DNA of 64,000 bases from Adineta vaga. Its lineage: Eukaryota; Animalia; Rotifera. The stretch spans positions 6,758,001-6,822,000 of the forward strand of contig CP075495.1 of NCBI GenBank assembly GCA_021613535.1. The letters are read 5' to 3'. Under the pieces are notes generated by a model. That model searched no databases. It was not told where the DNA came from and was given only the letters and a program-made list of their open reading frames with translations. The position numbers and the translations under genes were made by a program. This document shows, in pieces, positions 39,336-53,267 of this stretch (the stretch's first letter is position 1; the number at the start of each line of letters is the position of its first letter).

Positions 39336-40945
39336 ACGTCGTTTTGTTTTTCGTTTTGCTTCTATTTACAGTGCTTGTACAGTTTGATGTGTATGTCTTA
39401 TTTTTTAAATACGAGAAAAAAAAACGTTTCAAAGAAAACATAATTATATTTTAATTTCTACATTGTATAGAAAAAAATCATTGCATTTTTCAACATAAAT
39501 CAGTTAACGATTGGTTGAATCTTGCGAACATGAAAATGTCTCCCCTGGGACGAATGAATAGAAAACAAAGAGAAAAAGAAAAAGAAATCTATATTCATTG
39601 GTTCTTTGTCAATAAGAAGAGAAAAAAAAGAGAGTTGATTTGATTAAGTCTATTAAAAATAGATTTCATGATTTTCTTATTCATTTCGATATTTATGATG
39701 TTGATAACAATATAGAGAAAATTAGATGAGATATAAACGGAAATGTAAGAAAGAAGGTCGAACTTGTAATTTAGACAAAGATAGACGGAAATGCATCATC
39801 AAAGGAGAAAAGAAAGAGAAAAGAAAGAAAGTTCACATTTGCTATACTTTAGATTGATATTGTTAAAGAATACAGTATAGTTTGCATGTCTAAGAAGAAA
39901 GAGTCTCAAACTAATCAAATAATCCGTTCTAATCTGTTGCTATGAAAGACCTAATCGTTTTTCCGCTTCATTTCATTTCTATTGGTATATGAATAAAAAA
40001 AGCGTAACTATATATTTATATGACAAGGATTTTGATTCACACCATCATCAGTAGTACCACCTGGCGTGTTATTATTGAATGAATAGAGCTACTCGAGTTA
40101 ATTGTGGACGACTTGAGCTTGTTTGCAACATACATACATACATATATACACTCTTATTCTTATATACAAGTGGCTCAATATATAATTGTTCTCTAGTTAC
40201 ATATTCTTGTCTCTTTATCCATACACATACTTAGATCGTTAATACCCATAATTAGATTCGAGGTTGTTTCGTATAATTTCTCATTCTTCATAAAAAAAAC
40301 TCTACTTATCGAAATAATAGAAGAAATAAAAGAAGATGTGACTGTCGATGAAGTGAAGTTCAACACAAGCAGAAAACTATTAGAAATGAATAATTACAAT
40401 ATAAATATATGCGTTCTTTATCTGTAATAATATGCTTGTTTGTGAATAATTTAAAAGAAAATAACAGCAATGTGGACATTAATGATGAGGATAATGTCGT
40501 TCAAAGAAGAAGCAATTTGAAGCCTGATTACATCTGATGATGACGAGAGTAAGAGCAAGTGCCCGATGCCGATGAATTGCTCATATCCGGCTTGCTTTTT
40601 ATTCTTTAATCATCTCCATCTGCATTTTGCTGTCGTCATCATCAACACATTGATGACAATAAAACAAAAAAGAAAGAGAAACTGAATGAACATCATCATC
40701 ATGAGCAATTGCTGATTTCAATTGCAATATCCTGTTGTATGTGCATATCACACGATACTCTTCACATCTCTAATTTTGTTTCATTTCCGTTCGAAATGTT
40801 CGCTTTGCTTATCGAGGTGTATATCCTCTTATGTATGTCTCTTCTAATCAAACTATTCTCTTCAGAAAGAAAATTCAAATCAATATAATATATATATGTA
40901 ATTTTTTTTTAGATACAAAAGAAAACATAACGTACATATATAAAG

Positions 40946-43900
40946 TCACAGAAAATAGCGAGTAAAAGCAAGTGAAACATTAATAATCAAAAGACAAGTA
41001 CCAAAAATTAAACCAAATAAAAGACTGGCACGACGACGTTTAAATAAACTTGGTGATAAATATTCAACAAATGAAGAAAGTATATATTGACCATCCAATG
41101 CATAGCATGGTACAGCATTAAAAAAAGCTAATGCAAACGAAAATGCGCCGAGATATCTAGATTATGAAAACGAAAGATCAGAAACTGACAAGCATTTTCT
41201 AATAATTAGCTTACTGGAAAAACAGTGGAATGTCATGAATAAGCATAGTTGGAAAATAACGATAATTTGGTTTGTAAGATTGAATACTAACTAAAAAGAA
41301 AGATCATATGCGATTGATTTTAAAGTATTCTTAATTCTTAGTTCAATTCGTTTATATTTCCTTTTTATAGAAAGGAAATAAGTTTTTATACTAGTCGACC
41401 TTAATGCATAGAAAATATGATGAGATGTCAATAACCTTCGAATTTGATTATTGAAGAAAGAAAACTATAATATGTCAATCTAAATTATATATCTTAATTA
41501 CCTTTTCCAGAGAAAAAGAAAAAAACAAGTAAAAAAGGATACACTTGTTCAATGTCATTAATTAACATTATCATATTCTACAAATTTTCCAGTGATTAAC
41601 AATGGTGCATCCGACTTCTTATACAATGGAAAAGAACGAAAGATTAATTAGTAGTATTTCAATTTAATAGTTCATTGTGTATATGAGTCTATTCGTTTAT
41701 TTTTATCTTCTCTCTATTCAAGTATAATATTATTTACGATTGAAGACGATGGAAATATCAATTCATGAGTTTTCTAATCATATCACTAATTCATATTTTA
41801 TTTTCTTGATTTATTCTATAATTGTATAGTATCACTATTTTCTTCAATGAATAAATTCAGATAACGGAAATTTAATGTAACTGAAATAACGGCTTACCAG
41901 TTCGATAGATTTCATGAATTGAACCAACAAAAAGTATTGGTAAACCATTATTATGAGTAATACGTATTAAACGTGTAATATTGTCTGAGGAAAATGGATG
42001 AAGACATGATGAATCACTATTATAACTTTGACAATCACTATTTAAGAAACAGGATGGATGTTTAATAACAACCCGAGCTTCTATACATGCACCATTCTAT
42101 GAGAATAGCAATAAAAATTGTTGTTTACAATTGAAAATAAAAGTTTACTTGATCGGGATACTGTTTCGAATGATAGAGAAAACAATAATTTTTCTGCGAT
42201 AAATTTTGACAACAATCATAATGACTTGTTTGATTTAATTCTAAAAATAAATTCAATTAGTTCTTCTTGAAAGATGTAAATCAGTTAAGAAGAATATATC
42301 GTCTAGAAAATAATAGTTAATAAAAGAAGATTGATAAGAATAAAAATAGCATCAATTTAATAGAAGAAATCAAGCTGAAAAAAATCGTTTTGTTTGTAAT
42401 ATATGTTCTTTTCATGGGTGAAATGGTAGAAACTTTGTTGTTGTATTGAGAAAAACAAGTAGAAAATAATTTTTTTGAAAAATAAATTAAGTTTTAGGCT
42501 TCCTGATCTTTGAATAATATGTAATAGTGCATCATAAGATTGTATCACACTTTTTCCTTTCAACATCTTTATTCTAATGAAGTCATAGCTCAAAAAAAGT
42601 AACAGCTGATAATGATCTTGGAATATTTATGAATATAGCTGAGTTTTCTATCAAGAATACTTTACATAATCTTACCAATATGACTTGAATGACGTTGTAT
42701 TTCAGTTTGTGTCAAACAATAGCCACTACTCTGTTGTGGATGTCGATCATTAATTGTACGTAAACATTGATACCAATCTTTGGATGTATTCACAGTACAT
42801 ACATCAATTGATTGAATTATCGAATGAACGGGTAAGAGATCACGGATTGGTGAATCCTCAAAAAAGAAATTCAACAAGATTATTGTAGAGATAAACTTAC
42901 TTTCGACACACGGTATACAGTTGCTGCTTCTGTATAAAAATATCGAAGAAAAATGGGATTGAAAAGGAGAAAAATAAGAGCAATAACAACTAAAACCATA
43001 TTATGAAATACACCGGCACAATAAATTCTTTTTTTTTTGTATAAAGAAAAAGAATGAAGTTTTCAATAGTCTATTGAATTCTTTCAATTTATAATATTTA
43101 CCTCAATTGTCTCACAGCAGATATCATTTGTAACTGTTCTTGATGTAGATCAACATAAGCACCTGGATAGACAAGAAATAAAAAATATCCACAACCATTG
43201 ACACGAATTTGTTCACTACCAAAGAATACTATCAATGAATAGAATACAAGAGATAAATTACTAACGCTGATGCTGCTACAGCATGACCAAATTCATGAAA
43301 TACAGTACATAGAAGTAATGCTAGAAAAAAATGTGGAATCTGTTCTAAAGGTACATTAATACCAGGAATCTAAATAAAATCATGTTGTTGTTTTCTCTCG
43401 ATTTTCAATCCATTCTTTCTACGAACTATTGGTTGTATCAATAATTTATCACGATCGTTTTCGTTTGCATTATTTTGATTATTTGAACTTTCTATCAACG
43501 ATCGTGCACCACCGTTCGTATTGATTGAAAGATCTATATTTGATGGTATTCTTCTTTGTAATTCATAAATATATTTGATTGGTAAAATCAGTAATGTAAT
43601 ACAAGCGGTTACAGCTGTTCCAAAGGCAACAAGTATACCGATTGTAAACCAGATCTTCCAGAGACGAGCATTTGTTGTGCCAATTCGATAGAAAACACGA
43701 TTAAATGATGTGGTATAAAATCCAATATTAAATATAGAGATATGACAACCCAATGATCGAAGTAAACGAATATAGGGTCGTTTTGTCATTCGAAGACGCT
43801 AAAGATTTAGATAAGTTTTGGTTTTGGAAAAAGTTCAGAATAAGTAAATGCCTACTAGGAAAACATGATTGATAAAATAGACGCACACCAGATAACAAGA

Positions 43901-43950
43901 ACTTGAAGAAGAAAACGAACAAATATCATTGATGATGCATTGAATCGCAT
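40946..43950 (-). CDS. MBTPS2: Site-2 protease (membrane-bound transcription factor peptidase), multi-exon; apparent 1-nt frameshift in exon 1
   Basis: IPGINVP, FHELGHA zinc motif, [16 protein letters not shown], Cys-rich loop, [12 protein letters not shown]; TGA at 40946-40948; start at 43950 or 43929. Confidence 0.9.
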
Positions 43951-44561
43951 CTTGGAATGATCACGTTCCTTTAAATGGATAAAAAAATAATGAGACAAAG
44001 AAAAAAGGATACATTAGCGAACTTTCGTTTGATCTCTACTATACACATAATATGCGAAATGAAAAATTGAAATGTGATGTGTGCTGTACTACTCTAATGT
44101 ACGACGTTTCTAAACGCATTGAACAGATACACTAATGCATATGTATATATATATATATATAAATATGGAAAGTTCATCAATGAAAATCTTTTTATTCGAT
44201 TGTATTGATAGATTTTTAGAATAGTGAATTGTCACTTACGACTATACTCGGCATGTTGATAATCAAGGTAAGATTTTAAATAAGTCACTTTGGTTGTTGA
44301 TAAATAATGCTTAATTGATGAAGAAATAATACATCTTTTCTTCTAATCATTATAAATAAGTATTGTATTTCTGAAGAAATGATTAATAGATTAGTATGTG
44401 TGTGTGTTTTTGTTTAATAGGAATGGAAAATTTATTTATTCATATATGAAAAATTAAATAAAACATTTGAAGAAAACCGGTTTCTTAATAATAAAAACTT
44501 ATTGCCAGGAAAGAATAGAAACAAAACAAATGAGCAATGAAAGTGATGAAAGAAGATATTA

Positions 44562-47500
44562 TTATTTTTGTTGTTCTTCTTCAAGTGATGTATCAGGAAA
44601 ACGATGACTTTTATAAACGCCAGATGATGCTGATGATTGTTGCATATTTGAAGTTAGAAACTGTGGCATATTTGATGTGATAAGATGTTTAATAGGAGAA
44701 TTTAATTGTTCACTTTTTCTGTATGATGACGAAGGTGAACGACGTGAAAACAATGAATCATCATCATTTGATGGCGAACTTGAAGATAGGAAAGTACTTT
44801 TAGTCATAGGAATGGGTAGAGTTGATGCATGAACAGATATATACAATGGAGCAGTATGACCGATAGCAGATGAATTTTGTTGTGATGATGAAGAATTACT
44901 TGAGGGTGAAAAAGGTTCAGGTTGAAAAATGGGTGATAATGGATCTTCGGAAAATGAATTCGGTCGATCAAAACAATAACTTGTGGAACGAGATGATGAT
45001 AAAGAAAGTTCTTCATCACCAACAAGAAAAAGACTGTTTTCTGAAGGTCGTTGAGATGATGATCTGCTAAATGAGGGAGAAAACGATGAAGTTTTATCAC
45101 TGGATGCGGACGATATAACAGCTGTTGGAGTTGAAAAGCCACCTGAGGAATTGAGCATCAATGGCGGATGATCACGTAAAGATTGAATGCGCTAAAGAAA
45201 AAGATCAATAAGAATTGTAAAAAACTTTTCTCTTCAATCAAATAGTAACTATAGATTTAAATCTATTCAAACGATTAAGACTATTTTTTCCTTCTCATAT
45301 CTTACTTCTTGTCGATAATTATTAGTCAATATTTGACTATTAACAAACATGCGTTGATGTGGATGTTCACTTGATGAATCTGAATCAGATAATCTCGATG
45401 CTGCATTGACATAAGCATTTTCATCATCATTTTCATATGCTGGTGGAAATCGTATAGGTGAACTACATGTCCGATGATGACCTTTGCTTAATGGTGTTTT
45501 CATTGAGCTTTCAGATAGATCATTAGTTGATTTCAATGAACTAGTATGTGTTGTCGGTAATGATAATATCGATGTTGATGATGCTGATCGTATATGACGA
45601 GCAGCTGATGATGTATTCATTCGTTTATCATCTCGCAAAACATTCTATAAATAATAACAATGAGAACTTGATTAAATATTCAAAAAATTGAAAGTTTACT
45701 CTATCTTTTGTTGACTCCAAATCTGATATACTACTATGATATGAGACAGATTTTTGCGATGATACAACTGATTCTCTATCGGAATCATTTTCACTATCAC
45801 CAGCTGAACTTGTTTGTTTCGTTCGGGATTGTTTTTTCTTTGATGATGAATGAGAATCAAAAATCGGTGTAGTTGCTGGTGATCCTTCGCGTGAATCAAC
45901 AAAACCTTTATTAAAACCAGCAATTTTCGAATCATCAATATTGAAATTAATCGCTGCTAAACCCATTTTATTCATCCATTTAGCCATTTCATCACGTGAT
46001 GTACAATGAAAATATTCGCCATCTTTACTATTTTCATCCGTAATACGAAATGCACTATATTTAATAGAAAAAGAACTTATTTACAAACGGAATGAATGAA
46101 ACTTTTCCACTTACTATTTCCTTTTTTCCGGTGCTGGTGAAACATTTTTCCCTTCTAGTTTTATTTCAATTTCTTGATTTTTCTCCTAAATTAACAATGT
46201 ACTTCATACGTTTGTTATTCTACATGAAACTTACATGTTGAGATTTAAATACATATAAAGTACCCCCTTTTAATACACACCAATAAAGTCGCCATTGTAC
46301 AAATGATATAGTTCCTTTGGGTGAATAACGAAATAAAGACCCTTCACAATCACCTTTACCCAAATCATTACAGGAAATATTTTTATATGATGCTACAATA
46401 AAGACATACATTTTCAATGACAAAATTCTATTGAATTATTTTTGAAATTTCTTTCTTCCCAAATATAACTAACACTACTCCCGCGATACAAAAATTACCT
46501 TTAAATAGAATTTTTCTGTTAAATGCTTACTAGAAATTTTGTTTTGTAATATTAATCTTTAATAAAAGTTTGAACAAAATGACTTACATGTTCGTTTTAG
46601 ATAACGTCGTTCCGTTGAACAAGAACTCTACAGAGAAAAAAAATAGATTAATTATTTGATGAGGAATCAACTGACTTTTCGACTATCACTATGATTCAAT
46701 GGTGGTTTGTTCGTGACTATAGTAGAATTGTTACTAAATATAGAACAAATTTCCATTTTCATTTCATTACGGAATCTAAAAAATAAAGCTTGAAATTAAA
46801 TTTTCATTTTCTTCAAAAACAAATAAATTACGTCATGTTCTTTCCAGTGTCTTCAGGTGATCGTTTATGACGATTTTTATCTGATTGATCAGATGACTTG
46901 AAAGAAGACAAATGATACATAATGTGCAGAGAATCAAATAAAATGTATTATAATTTACTTTAAATATACTTGAAAGTGATGAACGTGTTGATGATGCTGT
47001 TTGTAAACTTGTTTGACTACCATTTTTATCGATCGATGAAGATGGTAAGATTGGCGGAGAGGATGATATTGAATCATTATTTAATGATATGGAAGAATTT
47101 TGTTTATGTATGGAATGAAGTCGTTTTATATTCACTAATTGTGGATGATCTTTATTTGTATGATCATTCATATCAGCAATGACTGATTTAGTGTCTTGTC
47201 GAGGACGAAATATTGTTGGAATGTAAGATTCAAAACCCTAGAAAAGTTTAGATAAAAAATGATGATGACGAAGAGGAAAATATAGATATTTTTCTTACTG
47301 TTTTTCTCGGACTTTTTGGTGTAGCATTTGGTGACGGATGTTGACTACTACCAGCAGATGGTGCACGTTCATTGACTAGAATATCAATAAAAGAGATTTG
47401 CATTTCAAAATCTTTCACTCGTTCTCCATCATCAATCATACTTTTTTGGTTCAAATTAGGTACTGTTGGAGATGTAGGTGATGCTAATGCAGTTGTTGAA

Positions 47501-49484
47501 ACAGATGAGTTCGTTGATGATGGTACTGTATGATCTGAATTTTCACTGTTACTGTATGTCGTAATAGTATTATTTGCAAGTGGTTCAGTAAGATCAGGCA
47601 ATGATGAATGTTGATCGCGTTTAATTTGTGAAGAACGTTTACTTTGATATAAAGTTTCATCATCACTTTCAACTTCAATTTCCCTAAAAACAAAAACAGA
47701 TCGACCTCATCAATGATGTTAGCAAAAGTATTGATTCAATGATTTAATAAAATAAGACAACATTGAGATAGAGAACAGAACAATAGAGACACATTCAATA
47801 TGTATATAATAGATATTATTTATCTACCTGTTCTTCCTCTTGGATACTATGATGATAGAAAGATGAAATTTAACGACAAAAAATCAGATTAGTTACCCAT
47901 CTTGTTCTAATAACATTGTTCGATTTTCTTCTGTTTGTTGATTTCTTCGTTCAAGAGCACCACGTGCATGTGATCGACGAGGATTTTGTGGACCATCAGC
48001 AAGACGTTTTGTATATACTTCATCATCATTATGTCGAGGCATCTTTTTCACCAATAAACATATTTCATTCGAATGCGAAGATGTACGAAGTAATTCATTA
48101 AAATGTATTGGATCCCAACCAATCTGTTAAAACATAAGAGAAGGTTAAAATTTATATATTCAAGTTAAAGTTAATCAGACATGAGAAACTTCGTTACATT
48201 CTTTACATTTTTTCAATGATAGTCAGAAACCTTGATGTACATTTATATCGCATAGTTCTATCTATGATTTGAAAACGATATACTTACAATGACTTGATTG
48301 TTAATTTCTATGATTTCATCTCCGATATTAATTGCACTAAAACCTGATCCCATAGAACTCATGGCCTGAAATAAAATATTATTAATCAATGAATTTATTC
48401 ATCAATATCACATTACTTCGGTTTCGATACTGGATATTACATGTGAATAATCAGGCATGGTTGTATATTCAATATTCTAAACATCCAGAATGTTGTTATC
48501 TTTTCAATACGAAAGTTTTTCTATATTTACCACATCATCTTTTAATGGGCGTCGTAAATGAACGCGTGTTAAATAGCAATCCGATGAGAACAATGAATCT
48601 TTATTTTGGCGAATTAGAGAAATCGCTATTGTACGTAATTCACCGATCTATCTCATAATTGACATAGTGAATAAAAATGATATTTTCAAAGTGAAAAAAA
48701 AATCTTTACATTTATGATTAATTTCGTTTTTGGCATATTAATTTGATCGATAATTCGTAAATTACGAACTAAAACACGTATCTGAACTAAATCTTTAATT
48801 ATCTTTCGACGTAAATCAATATATTCGATGTTTTCAATGAATGGTAATCTAATTCGAAGAAAAAGTTACTTAAAAACATGTTCATTATTTAGAATCTACC
48901 TTCCCAACCAATGGCAAGCAGTAACAATTGCATCTGATAAACTGCTAATTGCTGTATAAAATTCAGGTGAATTTATCATATTACTATTATCGTTCATGGA
49001 GTCTTTATCTTCTTGTCGTTTCAATAGATTGTAACATGTTGTTGCCGTACAGTGAATACGCATAAAAAGTACTGCAAGCGTTTCACTACGTAAACGACTG
49101 GCCTGAAATATGAATTACGCACTTGAAATAGAACATTAGAAAATTGTTAACATACAAGAATGAGAAGAAGATCAATTGATTGCATTAAAATAAGTTGTTG
49201 ATCAAGTTTATTAATACCCATTCGAATAAGATCTTCTCGCAGCAGCAGACTCAAAGCAATTCCATCAATATTATGCTCACGAAATATATCACTTATGTCG
49301 CTTTGTATACCAGCAAGGCCTGAATAGATTCGAATAAAAAAATAATAAGAATAATTTCGATAAATTTTATTCCATAATAACCTCCAATCCATCTGGCTAC
49401 TTCATTTGCTTCCCAACGAGAGACCATAGTGGATCGTTCTCGTGTTAATTTGATTGAACCACTATTATAGTGCAAGGATTGCAT
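44562..49484 (-). CDS. CNKSR: Connector enhancer of KSR (CNK) scaffold: SAM-CRIC-PDZ-PH plus S-rich tail
   Basis: SAM (WEANEVARWI..FREHNIDGIALSLL), CRIC region (WLG|RLPF), PDZ (GDEIIEINNQVI|IGW), ISCNDLGKGDCEG followed by PH (WRLYWCVLKG...EMAKWMNKMGLAAI). Confidence 0.88.
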
Positions 49485-49909
49485 CGCTCAAGAAAATCTC
49501 TCTTTCCCTTTTCTTTTCTTAATCAATATAAAAACATCCGTCACTGTATGAATGATTCTTTTCGTTTCTTTTCTTTTCGTTTCGTTTCTTTCTTTTTTTC
49601 TAACAATAAATAAACAAAATATTTTTACTGATAGATGATTTATCTAATCAAAATTCAAGCTGTCATTTTGCATATTTCTGATTAGTAAAACTAATAAATC
49701 AATCAATGAACAAAAATTTCTTCTAAAGAATCGAAAAAATTCTACTTTTTTAACTTTTAAATTCATTTTCTCGTGACAATACAAGTAAGAAAAAGATCTA
49801 TAGAGGGCGCTTCTTTATTTTCTTGACATGAGTATATATGTATACAGCATGGTAGATTATTTGTGTAATTTCATTCTCGATCTACTTGCGTTCATCTATC
49901 AATACTAAG

Positions 49910-51244
49910 ATGGTAAATAATATCTATTGACTTCTTATTATTAACATTTTTTCTTTGTTCTAATTTGTAGGGTGAACGGAAAGGTCAAAATAAATATTAT
50001 CCACCAGATTTCGACTGGCGAAAACATTCATCTTTAAATGCTTACCAAGGTGTTCATGCTCTCCGTGAGCGTGCACGGAAACTTGATCGTGGCATTCTTA
50101 TTATTCGGTATGAAAATATTTTATAATTGAATAATATCTATCGATTAATTTAATTAGATTTGAAATGCCATACAATATCTGGTGTAATACATGTGGAAAT
50201 CATATTGGTATGGGTGTACGTTATAATGCTGAAAAAACGAAAATTGGAAATTATTTTACAACACCAATACTTCAATTTCGAATGAAATGTCATCTATGTG
50301 ATGGACATTTTGAAATAAAGACTGATCCAAAAGTAAGTTCTTCTAGATAGGAAGATATTGAATGTTTTGATTGAATAGCTCTGAGTTAATCGAATCGATA
50401 TATTATTCAGGCTCGTGATTATGTTATTGTTAGTGGAGCTCGTCGTGAAGAACAACGATGGGATGCAGCAGAAAATGGTCAAATTGTTATGGAATGTAAG
50501 TTTTTACAATTTCATTCTTAAGTTATTTTATTGGTACAAATGATTATTTCTAGCAAAAGAAGAAATGAAAAAACTTGCAACAGATGCTATGTTCAAATTA
50601 GAATATGAAGGAAAAGATCTATCAAAGAAGACAAGTAAAGCAGCACCTGATTTAAATGAACTTGAAATGCATCAATCAGCATGGAAAGATGATTATATTA
50701 TTAATTATGTGTTAAGAAAAGATCTACGTGTAAGTTATAGATATCAATGCCGATTTTTTTTTATATTGTTGATTTTGATTATTTGAATTAATTTAGCAAG
50801 CTAAACGTGAAGAACGTTCACAAAAAGAAGCTGATGATCGTGTACGAACGAAAGCATCAATTGATATTCCTCTTTTACCTTCCAGTCGACATGATGATCG
50901 ATTAGCAAAACTTTATCGATCGGAACCTGTTCGATGTAAGAACAAATGATCAATTTTGACAAAAAGATAATATTTGTTTTTTTTTCTATACTTCAGCTGC
51001 TCAACAGACAGATCTTGATCGACGTCTAACCATTGATAAACAACAAGTTCTAAAAGGAACATCATCAACTCCATCCGAAATCAACTGGAAACCAAGTACA
51101 CTTACTGCTAATAAAAAAAAACTTTCATCTACTTTTGGCATTGTACGGAACGTTGATAAACCTCCATCAGTATCTCAAACAACGACAACAAAATCTCTTG
51201 TTTCTTATACTGCAGATGACGATGATGATGAAGATTCTTCTTAG
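49910..51244 (+). CDS. YJU2B: CCDC130/YJU2B splicing factor; first coding exon is ATG only
   Basis: ATG|gtaaat..tag|GGT gives MGERKGQNKYYPPDFD; HALRERARKLDRGILIIRFEMPYNIWCNTC..HIGMGVRYNAEK..FRMKCHLC..TDP; stop 51242-51244. Confidence 0.92.
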
Positions 51245-51346
51245 CGTGTTTTGTTTCTTTCTTTTGTTTATGTTCTGTACATTTTAAATAATTCCATCTG
51301 TTTTGAAAAGAAAAACCAAGATTGATTATTTATTTCTAGATTTTCG

Positions 51347-52379
51347 ATGTCATCAACTGCTTCTTCATCCGGCATCGAAAGTGACACTGATAGTTCGCCG
51401 AATGTAAGTCAAAATCTATTCATAAAAGTCTTTTCCTTATATCATATATTTCATTTTAGCTCAATGAAGAAAAAAATAATCGTTCAATGTCTGATACTAT
51501 CAACGAATCAACTGATACATTAATTAGTGATAATATTGATGAAGGTTTTATTAATATGAATTTTGAAGAGAAAAAGTCAAACATTATGTCTGATATTCAG
51601 AGCCAGTGTAATCCTAATGAACAGTGCACATATTCAACATCGAAATCTTGTCATTTCCAATATTCATCGCGAAATCCATATGATGATGGTTAGTATTAAT
51701 TTATCCAAAGAAACAAAAATAAAAGAAATTATTCGAGAAAAATACCGCCATATGGCAGCATATTTGGCTAATCAAGGTCATCCATGCTGATAGACAAACT
51801 AAGTGCTAGTACATTCCTGGAGAGCAGAAGAATAGATATTAGATTGGATATGTTCGCATTCAGAAATAAATCAATATTTTCTTCGTCTTCAAACGATGTA
51901 CATTCTTTGAGTAATTGCATTATTATCAACTAAGGTCACACGTTTTGTAAATAATATCGAGATTTTGTCACTGGGATAGATAAGATAAATGTCAGTATGA
52001 TTCTTTTGTTCTTATTTAATAAGAACCAATCAATTATGTTTGAAAAAAGAAATACGAAGAAAAGTTTCTTTTTCAGATACATCTTCTTCTGTTGTCGAAG
52101 ATTGGGACGAAGAATGCAAACTTATTGAACCGTATTGTAAGTGAATTTACTTTTGAATACTCTATTCTAATATGAAATTTCATAGATTTTCCTAGTTACA
52201 TACGTCGAGCACAATGGCCGAATCATTGGCGCTGGACGCCACCACTCGGTATTCGTCGTACTTGTACACAACAATTACATCGTAATCTTGGTTTTGAGCC
52301 AACTGGTCTCTACGATGATGAAAGTGATAATTTATCATTCTATGCCAATCGTCGTAATTTTACATTTGATTTTCGTTAA
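51347..52379 (+). CDS. Uncharacterised acidic protein (4 exons), weak COPRS-like motifs
   Basis: Four exons join in frame via GT-AG introns: MSSTASSSGIESDTDSSPN...VEDWDEECKLIEPY...WRWTPPLG...GFEPTGLYDDESD...FDFR*. Confidence 0.65.
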
Positions 52380-52670
52380 GAAATTTTATTTTTTTTCTGT
52401 TACGTTCTATTATAGTATTTAATTGTTTTTCTTCCTTTTGTTTCCGTCTATTTTTTCTTGTCGAAAAAAAGGCGAAGTTCATTTGTCAAATATTTTCTGT
52501 TTTGTTATCTTTTTTTCTTGTTGTGTTGATGAAATATTCTTTTTTGCTTGTTAGCCGAAGCAATGAAACCTGAAACTGCTTATATATATATATTGAAGAA
52601 GGAAAAATACAGACGACACTTATGTCAAAAAAATTCTTTGTTTTTTAATTTCATTTGTTTTTGTACATAA

Positions 52671-53267
52671 TTAGAATGTAAATAATGCGCGTATTGTTTC
52701 GTCCTTCAGCCATCCATCAACAAATTCTGAAACACCGATTACTCCCGATTTATCTTCATCTAATTTGGCTAGAATAACATTGGCTGCTGGCTTTACACCA
52801 TTACTCATAACACTTGTAATTGAACCATTCGAAGAAGTTTTATGATAATCTTCCAAACATTCTAAGATATGAATAATTTCTTTCTTTGTAACAAGATTAT
52901 CACCATTTTTATCAATTATACGAAAGATAAAATCAGCTTTTTCAATAGGCGATTCCGTTTGAAAGAATTTTATACTCATTAAATATTCCAAAAAATCAAT
53001 ATAACCATCATTATTCGTATCAATCGCCGAAAATATGGAATTCGTTAAATATCTCAAACGTTTTTCTCTTGCTTGTGGTATATAATCACCCAATAATTCT
53101 TCCATATAATTCTTCTTTAAACGTCCATCTTCAGCAACATCAAAAAATTTTGCATGTTCTTTTCGAATAAGTTCTGGAGTAAAACCAGTGACAGAACAAC
53201 ATCGATTTAATACATCATCAGTTAATGTTTTATAAAGTTCACCGTGTTTGCGTAGAATATTTCCCAT
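52671..53267 (-). CDS. Neuronal calcium sensor/recoverin-family EF-hand protein, intronless CDS
   Basis: MG N-myristoylation start, TGFT..I...FF, EF loops DTNNDGYIDFLE, DKNGDNLVTKKE, DEDKSGVIGVSE; 198 aa. Confidence 0.85.
   Translation of the reverse strand: MGNILRKHGELYKTLTDDVLNRCCSVTGFTPELIRKEHAKFFDVAEDGRLKKNYMEELLGDYIPQAREKRLRYLTNSIFSAIDTNNDGYIDFLEYLMSIKFFQTESPIEKADFIFRIIDKNGDNLVTKKEIIHILECLEDYHKTSSNGSITSVMSNGVKPAANVILAKLDEDKSGVIGVSEFVDGWLKDETIRALFTF

Noticed and set aside
40570-40712. Inverted 10-mer AATTGCTCAT/ATGAGCAATT as a hairpin or MITE
   Set aside because: Too short, no target-site duplication or extended pairing.
41540-41620. Possible poison exon within an MBTPS2 intron (minus strand)
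   Set aside because: Acceptor-like tract present but weak donor and no independent support.
49800-49810. TAGAGGGCGC, CTCF-like core in the CNK/CCDC130 divergent promoter
   Set aside because: Only a partial match and a single occurrence; cannot be supported.
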